A stretch of DNA of 64,000 nt from Acidobacteriota bacterium (GTDB lineage: Bacteria > Acidobacteriota > UBA6911 > RPQK01 > CBDBID01), in assembly GCA_965205565.1 (NCBI GenBank), contig CBDBID010000043.1, positions 9,580 to 73,579 on the forward strand, written 5' to 3'. The notes below the pieces were generated by a model. It was not told where the DNA came from. It worked only from the letters and a program-made list of their open reading frames with translations, and ran no database searches. How positions within the stretch are numbered: the stretch's first letter is position 1; each line of letters starts with the position of its first letter. Shown here one piece after another: positions 43,623-51,871 of the stretch. The position numbers and the translations under genes were made by a program.

Positions 43623-44657
43623 ATGCAAGACATCAGAAGCGTGCAATTTTTTCTACCCGGTAAAGGGCGTCACGTGGGCCTGGTCAGGGTCGAATCGGTC
43701 CTTGATCTGACCGAGAAATACCCGGACATCACAACTACTTACCAGTTGTTCTTCCATGCACACACCGAAGGGGACTCCCCGCTGCGGTTTCTGCGTGCCG
43801 TAGACTCGAGTGGGCAATCCCGAATCCCCTATGGCCTTCTACTGGAGGGTGGAGAAGGGCAGGATTCGCCCCGTCTTTTGATTCCGCTGGATCACCCGGA
43901 TCCGGCTCACTTTCTGGTGTCGGGGGCGGGCCTGACCCATCTCGGTAGTGCCTCACAGCGGGCCGAGATGCACGCTCAGAAGGAAAATAAAACCGACTCT
44001 GAGAAGATGTTCGAGATGGGTTTGGAGGGGGGCAAGCCGGCCACAGGCCGAGGGGTTCAGCCGGAGTGGTTTTACAATGGAGATGGACAGATCCTCAGGG
44101 GTCCGAACGAAGCCCTCGAAATCCCTTCCTTCTCGGAAGACGGTGGAGAGGAACCCGAGATCGGCGGTTGTTACGTCAATGACCTGGATGGCACTCCCTG
44201 CCGTCTGGGCTTTGCCATTGGCAATGAGTGGTCCGATCACGTGACCGAAAAAACGAACTACCTGTGGTTAGCGCCCTCCAAGCTGCGGTCCTGCTCCCTG
44301 GGTCCGGAGCTGGTGGTCACTGAGCAGTTTCGCAGTATCCGGGGTAGAACGCGGATCTATCGGGGCGAGTCGGTAATCTTTGTTTCGGGCGAATTCCGGA
44401 CCGGGGAAGAGCACATGTGCCACTTTCTGGTCAATCTGGAGGATCATCATTTCAAGTACCCTCAGTTTTGCCATCCAGGTGACGTGCACCTTCACTATTT
44501 CGGGGCCGTCAAGTTGTCCTTTGGCAACTGCGAACCTCTGGCTGACGGAGATCGCATCCGGATCGAATTCGAAGGTATGCGGCCGCCTCTGGTGAACTAC
44601 GTCCGGAGAGTACCCCGAGACGATACCCCCGTGAAGGTCCGATCGGAGGGTTGTTAG
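43623..44657 (+). CDS. AraD1/GguC-like FAH-fold protein (putative 2-keto-3-deoxy sugar-acid dehydratase)
   Basis: LIPLDHPDPAHFLVSGAGLTHLGSA, DSEKMFEMGLEGGKP, QPEWFYNGDG, DGGEEPEIGG, LGFAIGNEWSDHVTE, NLEDHHFKY, PGDVHLHYFG. These are as I remember the GguC/AraD1 family. Confidence 0.7.
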   Translation: MQDIRSVQFFLPGKGRHVGLVRVESVLDLTEKYPDITTTYQLFFHAHTEGDSPLRFLRAVDSSGQSRIPYGLLLEGGEGQDSPRLLIPLDHPDPAHFLVSGAGLTHLGSASQRAEMHAQKENKTDSEKMFEMGLEGGKPATGRGVQPEWFYNGDGQILRGPNEALEIPSFSEDGGEEPEIGGCYVNDLDGTPCRLGFAIGNEWSDHVTEKTNYLWLAPSKLRSCSLGPELVVTEQFRSIRGRTRIYRGESVIFVSGEFRTGEEHMCHFLVNLEDHHFKYPQFCHPGDVHLHYFGAVKLSFGNCEPLADGDRIRIEFEGMRPPLVNYVRRVPRDDTPVKVRSEGC

Positions 44658-44672
44658 TCATAGTTAGGATCC

Positions 44673-45311
44673 TTAGGAGAAGGAGCAGTTGACTCCCGTT
44701 CCTCCCAATCCGCAATAGCCTCTGGGATTCTTGGCCAGGTATTGCTGGTGATACTCTTCGGCGAAGTAAAACTCTGGAGCCGTCACGATTTCGGTGGTGA
44801 TCGCGGCAAAACCGGAGGAGTGAAGCGACCTTTCGTACCTTTCTCGAGAGGCCAGGGCCAGCTGGTGCTGCTGCTTCGAGTAGGTGTAGATGGTGGATCG
44901 GTACTGGGTTCCGATGTCGTTGCCCTGACGCATACCCTGCGTGGGGTTGTGGCTCTCCCAGAAAGTGCGCAACAGGGCCTGATAAGTGGTGATGTCAGGC
45001 TCGAACACGACGAGGACCACTTCGGCATGGCCAGTCAAACCACTGCAAATCTGCTGGTAGGTGGGATTTGGAGTGTGTCCCCCCGCGTAACCCGCGGCGC
45101 TCGTATACACGCCGCGATGTTCCCAGAACTTTCGTTCGGCGCCCCAGAAACATCCCATGCCAAACAAGGCTTTTTGCATCCCCGACGGATAAGGAGGTGC
45201 CAGAGGGGCGTCCAACACGAAGTGTTTCCTGGGTACCGGCAGATTCTCCTCCCGTCTCGGGAGGGCTTCTTCGGCGCTAGGTAGGGTGGGTGTTTTCCAG
45301 AATAGGCCCAT
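44673..45311 (-). CDS. msrA: peptide-methionine (S)-S-oxide reductase
   Basis: [16 protein letters not shown] active-site motif, 212 aa. Confidence 0.9.
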   Translation of the reverse strand: MGLFWKTPTLPSAEEALPRREENLPVPRKHFVLDAPLAPPYPSGMQKALFGMGCFWGAERKFWEHRGVYTSAAGYAGGHTPNPTYQQICSGLTGHAEVVLVVFEPDITTYQALLRTFWESHNPTQGMRQGNDIGTQYRSTIYTYSKQQHQLALASRERYERSLHSSGFAAITTEIVTAPEFYFAEEYHQQYLAKNPRGYCGLGGTGVNCSFS

Positions 45312-45428
45312 GCAAGATCTCCTTCTGCCCTGTTTCTAATCCTACACCCGAGCCGAATTCAACCCAACTCTGGACAGGGGAGCCGCCACGGTCCGGGAGA
45401 ATCGATCAACCCGTTCTCACCTGGGGAT

Positions 45429-45444
45429 GCGCTTCGAAAAGCGC
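45429..45444 (-). terminator. stable hairpin GCGCUU-UUCG-AAGCGC directly after the stop of the upstream gene (no U tract)
   Basis: Perfect 6-bp stem with a UUCG tetraloop on the transcribed (minus) strand, 9 nt after the TAG at 45453-45455. The absence of a U tail makes function as an intrinsic terminator uncertain. Confidence 0.25.
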
Positions 45445-45452
45445 GCAATGCG

Positions 45453-46475
45453 CTAGCGCACGAACCAGCGCATCGCGTAGTGTCCTTCGCTTTTTGCGAA
45501 TTTCAGCGTATACGGATCCACCAGCCAGCGTTTGACGAAACCATCCGTTCGGGGCATGAGCCAGCCGAAGTTCCAGTTGCGGCTCGCGTAGCGCAAGGGG
45601 ATGGCAGGGTTGACCCGCACCAGAGGATGGGTTCCGGCGATAAACAGTTTGCGTTCCGTGTAATAGTAACAGGAGTTGGTATGGATGAAGGCTTCGTGGT
45701 CCAGGGCCTGTTGCGGGTCCTTGGCCAGGTCGGAGCAGAGACCCCGGATGGCTACCTTGACCTCTTTGCCGCGGGCCACCTCCTCGGCCAGCGTCTGCAC
45801 CGATCCTGACCGGACCTCGCCCCTGGGTCCGTGATTCAGGACTTGTTTCCACCCTTCGCTCACCCAGAATCGATACAGATCGAAATCGTAGATGAAGTTT
45901 TGACTGGGAGCATTGGTTCCTTCATCCCACCGATCCTGCAGATCGTATTTCTCCATGGTATGGGGTTGGTCGGGAAGCGGTGCCGGGCCGACCTCTCCCG
46001 TCACTGGACCGCCGTCCAGGTAGGGCCGCGCAATGGCCTGCTGGCCGTTTTGATTGTAGAGGAAGAAGGACATGGAGGGCCGAGACCCGAAATCGTCCAA
46101 TAGACTGATCGGTTGCCGAAGCGTCATCATACCGGCTACCCACTGGTCATCGAGAAGATAGGTGGCTCGAAACTCAGCCACTTCCAGAACGATTTCCGGA
46201 TTGTCCGAGCTGGTATCGACGTGTTCGTCGTGGCGAAACTGGGTCTGTATCCGGAGGTCCGCTCCGCCGCGGATGGCGGCGGTCAGTTCCTCGCTGCTGC
46301 CCGAGCTGGGATTTCGCTCGACATCCAAGCCGTAGGCAAGTCTCCAGGCTGGGTTCGTACCCGCGGCTTCGTCAGGGCTGCTACAGGACTGGTTCATGAG
46401 GGCTCTTCCCATCGCCGGGGCGATCCAACCGAGGGCCTCCCGGCGCGTCTTTTGGGTATTTTCGTTCTCCTCCAT
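45453..46475 (-). CDS. hypothetical exported protein (Tat-like signal)
   Basis: 340-aa ORF with protein-like composition and N-terminus ...KTRREALGWIAPAMGRALM. I recognise no family. Confidence 0.5.
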   Translation of the reverse strand: MEENENTQKTRREALGWIAPAMGRALMNQSCSSPDEAAGTNPAWRLAYGLDVERNPSSGSSEELTAAIRGGADLRIQTQFRHDEHVDTSSDNPEIVLEVAEFRATYLLDDQWVAGMMTLRQPISLLDDFGSRPSMSFFLYNQNGQQAIARPYLDGGPVTGEVGPAPLPDQPHTMEKYDLQDRWDEGTNAPSQNFIYDFDLYRFWVSEGWKQVLNHGPRGEVRSGSVQTLAEEVARGKEVKVAIRGLCSDLAKDPQQALDHEAFIHTNSCYYYTERKLFIAGTHPLVRVNPAIPLRYASRNWNFGWLMPRTDGFVKRWLVDPYTLKFAKSEGHYAMRWFVR

Positions 46476-46534
46476 GGATTACCTTCGGATTACCTCCGCT
46501 GGCTGGCGATTGTCCGATTGGTTGGGTCCGACCA

Positions 46535-47404
46535 TCATTGAGTTTCAGCTCCCGTACTCATTTGCAGTCGGTGAGAGCCGGTGTAGATGTTGAAACGATC
46601 TCCCCGAACGAAGCCCAGAAGGGTAAGGTTGAATTCCCTCGCCAGCTCCACCGCCAGACTGGAGGGTGCGCTCACGGCAGCCACCATGGGTATGCCGGCC
46701 ACGAGAGCCTTCTGCATGATCTCAAAGCTGGTCCGGCCGCTCACCATCAGGATCCGGTCGTGCAGCGGGGTATGGGACGCCAGAAACTGTCCCCCAACCA
46801 GCTTGTCGACGGCGTTGTGCCGGCCCACATCCTCGCGGGAGCTGAGCAGGTTGCCCTCCGAGTCGAAGAGTGCGGCGGCATGAAGTCCACCAGTCCGGCG
46901 AAAGACGGGCTGAGATGCCTCCATTTGCCGGCTCAGCTTGCGGATGGTGGTGGGCCTCACCCAGGGGCGATCAGGGGGAATGGCGGGATAGTGGTTCACC
47001 CACAGCGCCTCCAGGGAGGCTTTCCCGCAAACGCCGCAGCTGGAAGTGGTGTAGAAGTTTCTCTTCAGCCGATCCAGGTCCACGGAAACGCCGGGTCCCA
47101 GCTGAACCAGGACCACGTTCCCTTGCCTTTTTGGGCCGCTGTCCAAGTCGCATTCGATGTCTTCTATGTCGCTGGCTTGGCGCACGAGACCTTCGCTGAG
47201 GAGGAAACCGGCGGCCAACTCGCGGTCGTTTCCCGGCGTTCTCATGGTGATGGCCAGAGTCTGCGTCTGGCGCCTAGCGTCCTTGCCGTACCGGAGCCGG
47301 ATTTCCAGCGGCTCCTCGACGGCCAGAAGGTCCTGCTGGCTGCTGCTTCGGGAGGAATTCACCTTCCGAACGGGAACGGAACGGGTCTCCGTAGCCGCTG
47401 TCAT
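46535..47404 (-). CDS. fdhD: formate dehydrogenase accessory sulfurtransferase
   Basis: EEPLEIRL..., the cysteine motif TSSCGVCGKASLEAL, and GGLHAAALF. 289 aa. Confidence 0.85.
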   Translation of the reverse strand: MTAATETRSVPVRKVNSSRSSSQQDLLAVEEPLEIRLRYGKDARRQTQTLAITMRTPGNDRELAAGFLLSEGLVRQASDIEDIECDLDSGPKRQGNVVLVQLGPGVSVDLDRLKRNFYTTSSCGVCGKASLEALWVNHYPAIPPDRPWVRPTTIRKLSRQMEASQPVFRRTGGLHAAALFDSEGNLLSSREDVGRHNAVDKLVGGQFLASHTPLHDRILMVSGRTSFEIMQKALVAGIPMVAAVSAPSSLAVELAREFNLTLLGFVRGDRFNIYTGSHRLQMSTGAETQ

Positions 47405-47848
47405 GAAGGGGCCGCCTTTGCATCCTCTGGGGAACGCATTCCGGGGAAAGAGTGCAGGGATAACAACTGAAAGAGGGTACTGTATTCGGGGATGCGGGAA
47501 AGAGACCTTGGTCGGGTCAGGAGGTTCGCTTGGGGCCAGTGGACTGGCACGGTGGTGGATAGAATGTCCATCTCACGAGAGGCCTAAACCATGCGGTAAC
47601 CCTACTTGCCTCGCCGGGTGCTCAACCGAGACCCGCCTTCTGGAAAGTCTGGGAGGTTAGTTCCAGAGCGATGAAGTTGCGGCAGCACCTCTCACAGCTG
47701 TCGCTTCCCCTCGCTCGTCTGATTATATCGGGGAGCCATCGTGGAAGTCCACGTTCCCGGACTGCCACACGAATCCCCACCGTCTGACGGGGAAGGTTCC
47801 GAGGATGGGAAGACGCCAGCGGTGGGACCCGAGCACGTGATAGTGTGT

Positions 47849-48127
47849 CTAAGTGCTCCGTACCATGAATACGGTGATGTTTGCGGAGGGGGCTTGGGAG
47901 GTGAGGTCGAGGAGCGAGGAGGAGGCGATGCCGGGGCATTGTCGACGAGGAGCGACACAGAGATTGACCGCAACCCTCCTCCGCCCACAGGGTTACAAGG
48001 GGGCACCCCTGTCTTCGGTGTTGCTCCTTCTCCCCGATGTTCCCGCATCGATTCTCCGTCGCGCCTGGAATCCAGGGGCGACGCGTCCGCAACAAACATC
48101 ATCGTATTTATTGAAGTGAGCACCAAG
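47849..48127. repeat. MITE-like element with imperfect ~42-nt inverted ends (copies A-L 47849-47913 and A-R 48086-48127)
   Basis: The left end is ctaagtgctccgtaccatgaatacggtgatgtttgcgga. The reverse complement of the right end is cttggtgctcacttcaataaatacgatgatgtttgttgcgga. The right end stops 1 nt before the mobA ATG. A related copy lies at 61308-61373. Confidence 0.5.
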
Positions 48128-48128
48128 C

Positions 48129-48755
48129 ATGTTGGTTTCCAGCCTGATACTCGCCGGCGGGCGAGCCCGACGCATGGGCGAGGACAAGCGTTTTCTCACG
48201 GTTTCGGGTTCGACCCTGCTGCAGCGCAGTGCCCGAGCCGCTCAGGAGGCCTTTCAAGAAGTTTGGATCCTCTTGTCCCAGGCCGCTGACCGCGATCCGA
48301 TCTCCCAACACTTGGGCCGGCAGGTTCGCTATCGGATCGATTCCTCACCGCGTTCGGGTCCGCTAGGAGCTTTGTCGGACGCTCTACCCCATGTCTCCTC
48401 CGATCATGCTTTTCTGCTGGCTGTGGATTACCCTTTCGTGACCGCGTCGTTGCTGCGTCGTCTGGTGGCGGAATGGAATCCCATCGGTTCGGCGCGGGTT
48501 TTGGTGCCCCTGTGGGAGGGATGCCCTCAAGTGGCCTGCGCGCTCTACTCCAAGACTCTCAGTGGTGACCTGGCCCGGGCTTTTCGAGCCGGTGAGCGCT
48601 CTCTGACTGACTGGTTGCAGGGTCGAAATGATGTGCAATACATTGCCGAAGAAGCCTGGGAAAAGTGGGCTCACAGACAGGTTTTCTTCAACCTCAATAC
48701 ACCGGATCAGGTTCAGAAACTTCTAGACATGCGGTTCCTGCAACCTTCTTCCTGA
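48129..48755 (+). CDS. mobA: molybdenum cofactor guanylyltransferase
   Basis: LILAGGRARRMGEDKRFL (MobA NTP-transferase loop) and PLGALSDAL. 208 aa. Confidence 0.85.
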   Translation: MLVSSLILAGGRARRMGEDKRFLTVSGSTLLQRSARAAQEAFQEVWILLSQAADRDPISQHLGRQVRYRIDSSPRSGPLGALSDALPHVSSDHAFLLAVDYPFVTASLLRRLVAEWNPIGSARVLVPLWEGCPQVACALYSKTLSGDLARAFRAGERSLTDWLQGRNDVQYIAEEAWEKWAHRQVFFNLNTPDQVQKLLDMRFLQPSS

Positions 48756-48934
48756 GTGATACGGAGATGGGTAGAATCAACTTCCTTTCTGGACAGCGCC
48801 TAAAGAACGGATGAAGCTTCGTTTCATTGAAGGTGCAGCGAGGCCTGACGTCTCGGAAAGGAAATGGGGGAATTGGAAGTGCTCGGTCGCCGGAGACTCT
48901 TTTCGAAAGGACGTTGGAAAGCCATGACTGGAGG

Positions 48935-50068
48935 ATGGCGAAGTTGCGTTGCCGCGGAATAGGGGTCGGAATCGCTTCTCTGACGATAGCCTTGACCCTG
49001 GCAATTGGAAGCGCGTCCTCGTGGCCGCCTGACTGGCCGATGTTTCGGGGGAATGCCCAGCTGACCGGAGTCGCCTCCGCGAGTCTGGCCGATGAATTGC
49101 AGGTGGAGTGGACCTTCCAGGCCGGTGGCGGGATCGAATCGACCGCCGCCATCTCCGCTGGGGCCGTCTACGTGGGATCGCACGACAAGCATCTGTATTC
49201 CCTGGATTTGGCCACCGGCGCGGTGCGCTGGAAGTTCGAGGCGAAGGACATCATCAAGTCCTCCCCGCTGGTGACGAAGGAAACGGTCTATTTTGGTGAT
49301 GAGTGGGGCACCTTTTACGCCCTGGGTACGAGTAGGGGCGAGAAGCGCTGGAGTTTTGAGGCCGAAGGTGCACTCACTTCCTCGGCCAACCTTTTTGAGG
49401 AACGGGTGATTTTCGGGTCTTATGACAATCATCTGTACTGTCTGTCGGCTCGCGATGGCTCGCTACACTGGAAAGTTGCCACGGGGGGCTACGTCCACGC
49501 CACTCCGGCGATCGTTGACAAGGAGGTGACGATCGCCGGCTGTGACGGCTTTTTCCGGCTGGTGGATATCCGGACGGGTAAAGAGACCGCTCAAGTCGAA
49601 TTGGGAGCCTACGTTGGAGCAAGTCCCGCCATCGCGGGCAACCGAGCCTATGTCGGGACCTTTGATAATCAGTTCTTGTGTATCGATTTTCGAAAAGGCG
49701 AAGTGGTTTGGGAGTACAAACCCAAGGTGCGGCAATTCCCCTTCTACTCTTCGGCAGCGCTGGCCGACAAGCTGGTACTGGTGGGGGGACGGGACAAGCA
49801 ACTGCACGCCTTAGACCGGCAGAGTGGCCAGAAGGTCTGGACCTTTGCCACCCGAGCCAAAGTGGATGCCTCACCCGTCGTAGTGGGACAGCGTGTGATT
49901 CTTGCCTCCACCAGCGGCGTCATTTACCTCCTGGATCTGGATTCCGGCCGTGCGGTTTGGAAATTCGATACCGGTTCTTCTATCCTGGCCTCGCCCAGCT
50001 TGGCCGAAGGTAGGCTAATCATCGGTACGGAGGATGGTCTCCTGTACTGCTTTTCCGGGAAATCGTAA
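48935..50068 (+). CDS. PQQ-like (BamB-type) beta-propeller repeat protein, exported
   Basis: Signal/anchor GIASLTIALTLAIGSA, WPMFRGNAQLTG, and repeated ...VYVGS.D..LY.LD..TG...W.F units. The ORF opens at 48827; I chose ATG 48935. Confidence 0.75.
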   Translation: MAKLRCRGIGVGIASLTIALTLAIGSASSWPPDWPMFRGNAQLTGVASASLADELQVEWTFQAGGGIESTAAISAGAVYVGSHDKHLYSLDLATGAVRWKFEAKDIIKSSPLVTKETVYFGDEWGTFYALGTSRGEKRWSFEAEGALTSSANLFEERVIFGSYDNHLYCLSARDGSLHWKVATGGYVHATPAIVDKEVTIAGCDGFFRLVDIRTGKETAQVELGAYVGASPAIAGNRAYVGTFDNQFLCIDFRKGEVVWEYKPKVRQFPFYSSAALADKLVLVGGRDKQLHALDRQSGQKVWTFATRAKVDASPVVVGQRVILASTSGVIYLLDLDSGRAVWKFDTGSSILASPSLAEGRLIIGTEDGLLYCFSGKS

Positions 50069-50142
50069 GTGCTCCCTACCATGGAACTGGTGCAGGCTGG
50101 CTCTTTCCCCGAGGCAAGAGCTAGCCTACTTGGGAGTCAGAA

Positions 50143-50367
50143 ATGAAAACGTTCGTTCGAAAGCTTCTCTATGGCGTACTAGTCATTCTGTATCTTCTTC
50201 ATAATGACTGGTGGTTCTGGAACGACAGCCGATTGGTGCTGGCCCTTCCCGCGGGTCTCCTCTACCACATCGCCTATTGTGTCGCCGCCGCTTTGATGAT
50301 GGCTGCTCTGGTCCGGCATGCGTGGCCCGAGAACCTGGACGTTTCGGAAGAAAGGGGGCGCTTGTGA
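50143..50367 (+). CDS. DUF3311 small membrane protein (partner of SSS transporters)
   Basis: 74 aa, two TM segments, NDWWFWND motif. Its stop overlaps the GTG of the downstream symporter (GTGA). Confidence 0.65.
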   Translation: MKTFVRKLLYGVLVILYLLHNDWWFWNDSRLVLALPAGLLYHIAYCVAAALMMAALVRHAWPENLDVSEERGRL

Positions 50368-51839
50368 CGACGGTACCGGTTCTGGCTGTCTATCTGCTTC
50401 TGGTGCTTCTGGTGGGAGGCTTCAGCCATCGGCTTTTCCGGGGAACCGGTGAAGACTATTTTGTGGCCACCCGCACCATCGGCCCCTTCATTCTGCTGAT
50501 GTCCCTGTTTGGCACTAACATGACTTCCTTCGCCCTCCTGGGAGCTTCCGGGGAGGCCTACCACGAGGGCATTGGAGTCTTCGGACTGATGGCGTCGGCC
50601 TCGGCTCTCATCATTCCCAGCGTCTTCTTCTTCCTGGGCCCGCGTCTTTGGGCTCTGGGAAAGCGGCACGGCTACATCACTCAGGTACAGTATTTCCGGG
50701 ATCGCTGGGGCTCGGATCTGTTGGGTCTGCTGATCTTCGTAGTGCTGATCGCTTTGATCGTTCCCTATCTGCTGATTGGCGTCATGGCCGGAGGGCTGAC
50801 CGTCAACGAAATCACCAGCGGCGAGATCCCGGAATGGGTGGGGGGACTGGCGGTCTGCCTGGTGGTGATGGCCTATGTGACCTATGGAGGGCTGCGGGGA
50901 ACGGCCTGGGTCAACACCTTCCAGACCCTGGTCTTCATGGTGCTGGGAGGCGTAGCCGTAGTGGTCATCGTCAAACACCTGGGGGGACTCTCGACAGCCA
51001 TGGAGCGGGTGGCGGAGCAAAATCCGCATCTGCTGGTGCGCGGGGATCACATCAAGCCACTCAAACTTCTGACCTACACGTGCATTCCTCTCTCGGTCGG
51101 TATGTTTCCCCACATGTTCATGCACTGGCTCTCCGCGCGGCGAGCCGACACTTTCCGCCTTCCTCTGGTTTTTTACCCGTTGTGTATCGCCGTCGTATGG
51201 GCTCCCAGCGTTCTTCTGGGTGTTTTGGGGAGCGTGGATTTTCCCGGTCTTCGAGGCCCCCAGGCCAACTCGATCCTGGTCAAAATGATTGGGTTGCACG
51301 CGCCGGAATTCCTGGCCGGTCTGCTAGCCGCTGGAGTCCTGGCCGCAGTAATGTCCTCGCTAGATTCCCAGGTCCTCTCCATCGGAAGCATGTTCACGCA
51401 GGACATCGTACGCCACTACGGTTTCCATGACCGGATGAGTGAGAGACAGCAGGTCCTGGTGGGGCGGCTCTTCGTGGCTGGAATCCTGGTGGTCACCTAC
51501 GTGCTGTCCCTGGTCTCGAATCGGAGCATCTTTCGATTGGGGATCTGGTCCTTCAGTGGATTCGCAGCTCTCTTCCCAGTGGTGGCGGCCGCACTGTTCT
51601 GGAAAAGGAGCACCAAATTTGGCGCCTTTGCCTCGGTCTTGACGGTGGTGGCGCTGTGGGTCTACTTCTTTTTCAGCGTGGGCCACCAGGCGGATTACAC
51701 GGTCGGCGGAACGGGCGTGATGCCGGTAGTAGTGATCGTGGCTGCCTCCGCGATCTCCATGATCTCCGTTTCGCTTTTGACGAAGATGCCTTCCCCGTCC
51801 CGGGTGGACCGATTTTTCCCCAGCTCCAGCGATCGGTAG
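50364..51839 (+). CDS. sodium:solute symporter (SSS) family transporter
   Basis: Polytopic protein of about 490 aa beginning VTTVPVLAVYLLLVLLVGGF...GEDYFVATRTIGPF, typical of SSS. The ORF opens at 50211; I chose GTG 50364. Confidence 0.85.
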   Translation: MTTVPVLAVYLLLVLLVGGFSHRLFRGTGEDYFVATRTIGPFILLMSLFGTNMTSFALLGASGEAYHEGIGVFGLMASASALIIPSVFFFLGPRLWALGKRHGYITQVQYFRDRWGSDLLGLLIFVVLIALIVPYLLIGVMAGGLTVNEITSGEIPEWVGGLAVCLVVMAYVTYGGLRGTAWVNTFQTLVFMVLGGVAVVVIVKHLGGLSTAMERVAEQNPHLLVRGDHIKPLKLLTYTCIPLSVGMFPHMFMHWLSARRADTFRLPLVFYPLCIAVVWAPSVLLGVLGSVDFPGLRGPQANSILVKMIGLHAPEFLAGLLAAGVLAAVMSSLDSQVLSIGSMFTQDIVRHYGFHDRMSERQQVLVGRLFVAGILVVTYVLSLVSNRSIFRLGIWSFSGFAALFPVVAAALFWKRSTKFGAFASVLTVVALWVYFFFSVGHQADYTVGGTGVMPVVVIVAASAISMISVSLLTKMPSPSRVDRFFPSSSDR

Positions 51840-51871
51840 GAGAGGTTCCGGGCAGTCGGGACCAGCCTGGC

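Noticed and set aside
47620-47660. GGAAAGTCTGGGAGG in the fdhD-mobA spacer resembles the GAGGAAAGUCCGGGC core of bacterial RNase P RNA.
   Set aside because: I found none of the other universally conserved RNase P blocks nearby on either strand, such as the ACAGAA or GGUGCGGUAAG-type segments. The match is a single short motif, so it should be left to a covariance-model scan.
47868-47890. GGTGATGTTTGCGG inside the repeat, considered as a sigma-54 -24/-12 promoter (TGGCAC-N5-TTGC).
   Set aside because: The spacing between the GG and GC dinucleotides is 8 nt rather than 10, and the -24 box is poor.
47405-48128. Possible Moco riboswitch upstream of mobA or fdhD, given the molybdenum-cofactor context.
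   Set aside because: I cannot reproduce the Moco motif consensus reliably from memory, and I saw no convincing multi-stem architecture. This is only worth testing with Rfam RF01055, so I do not claim it.
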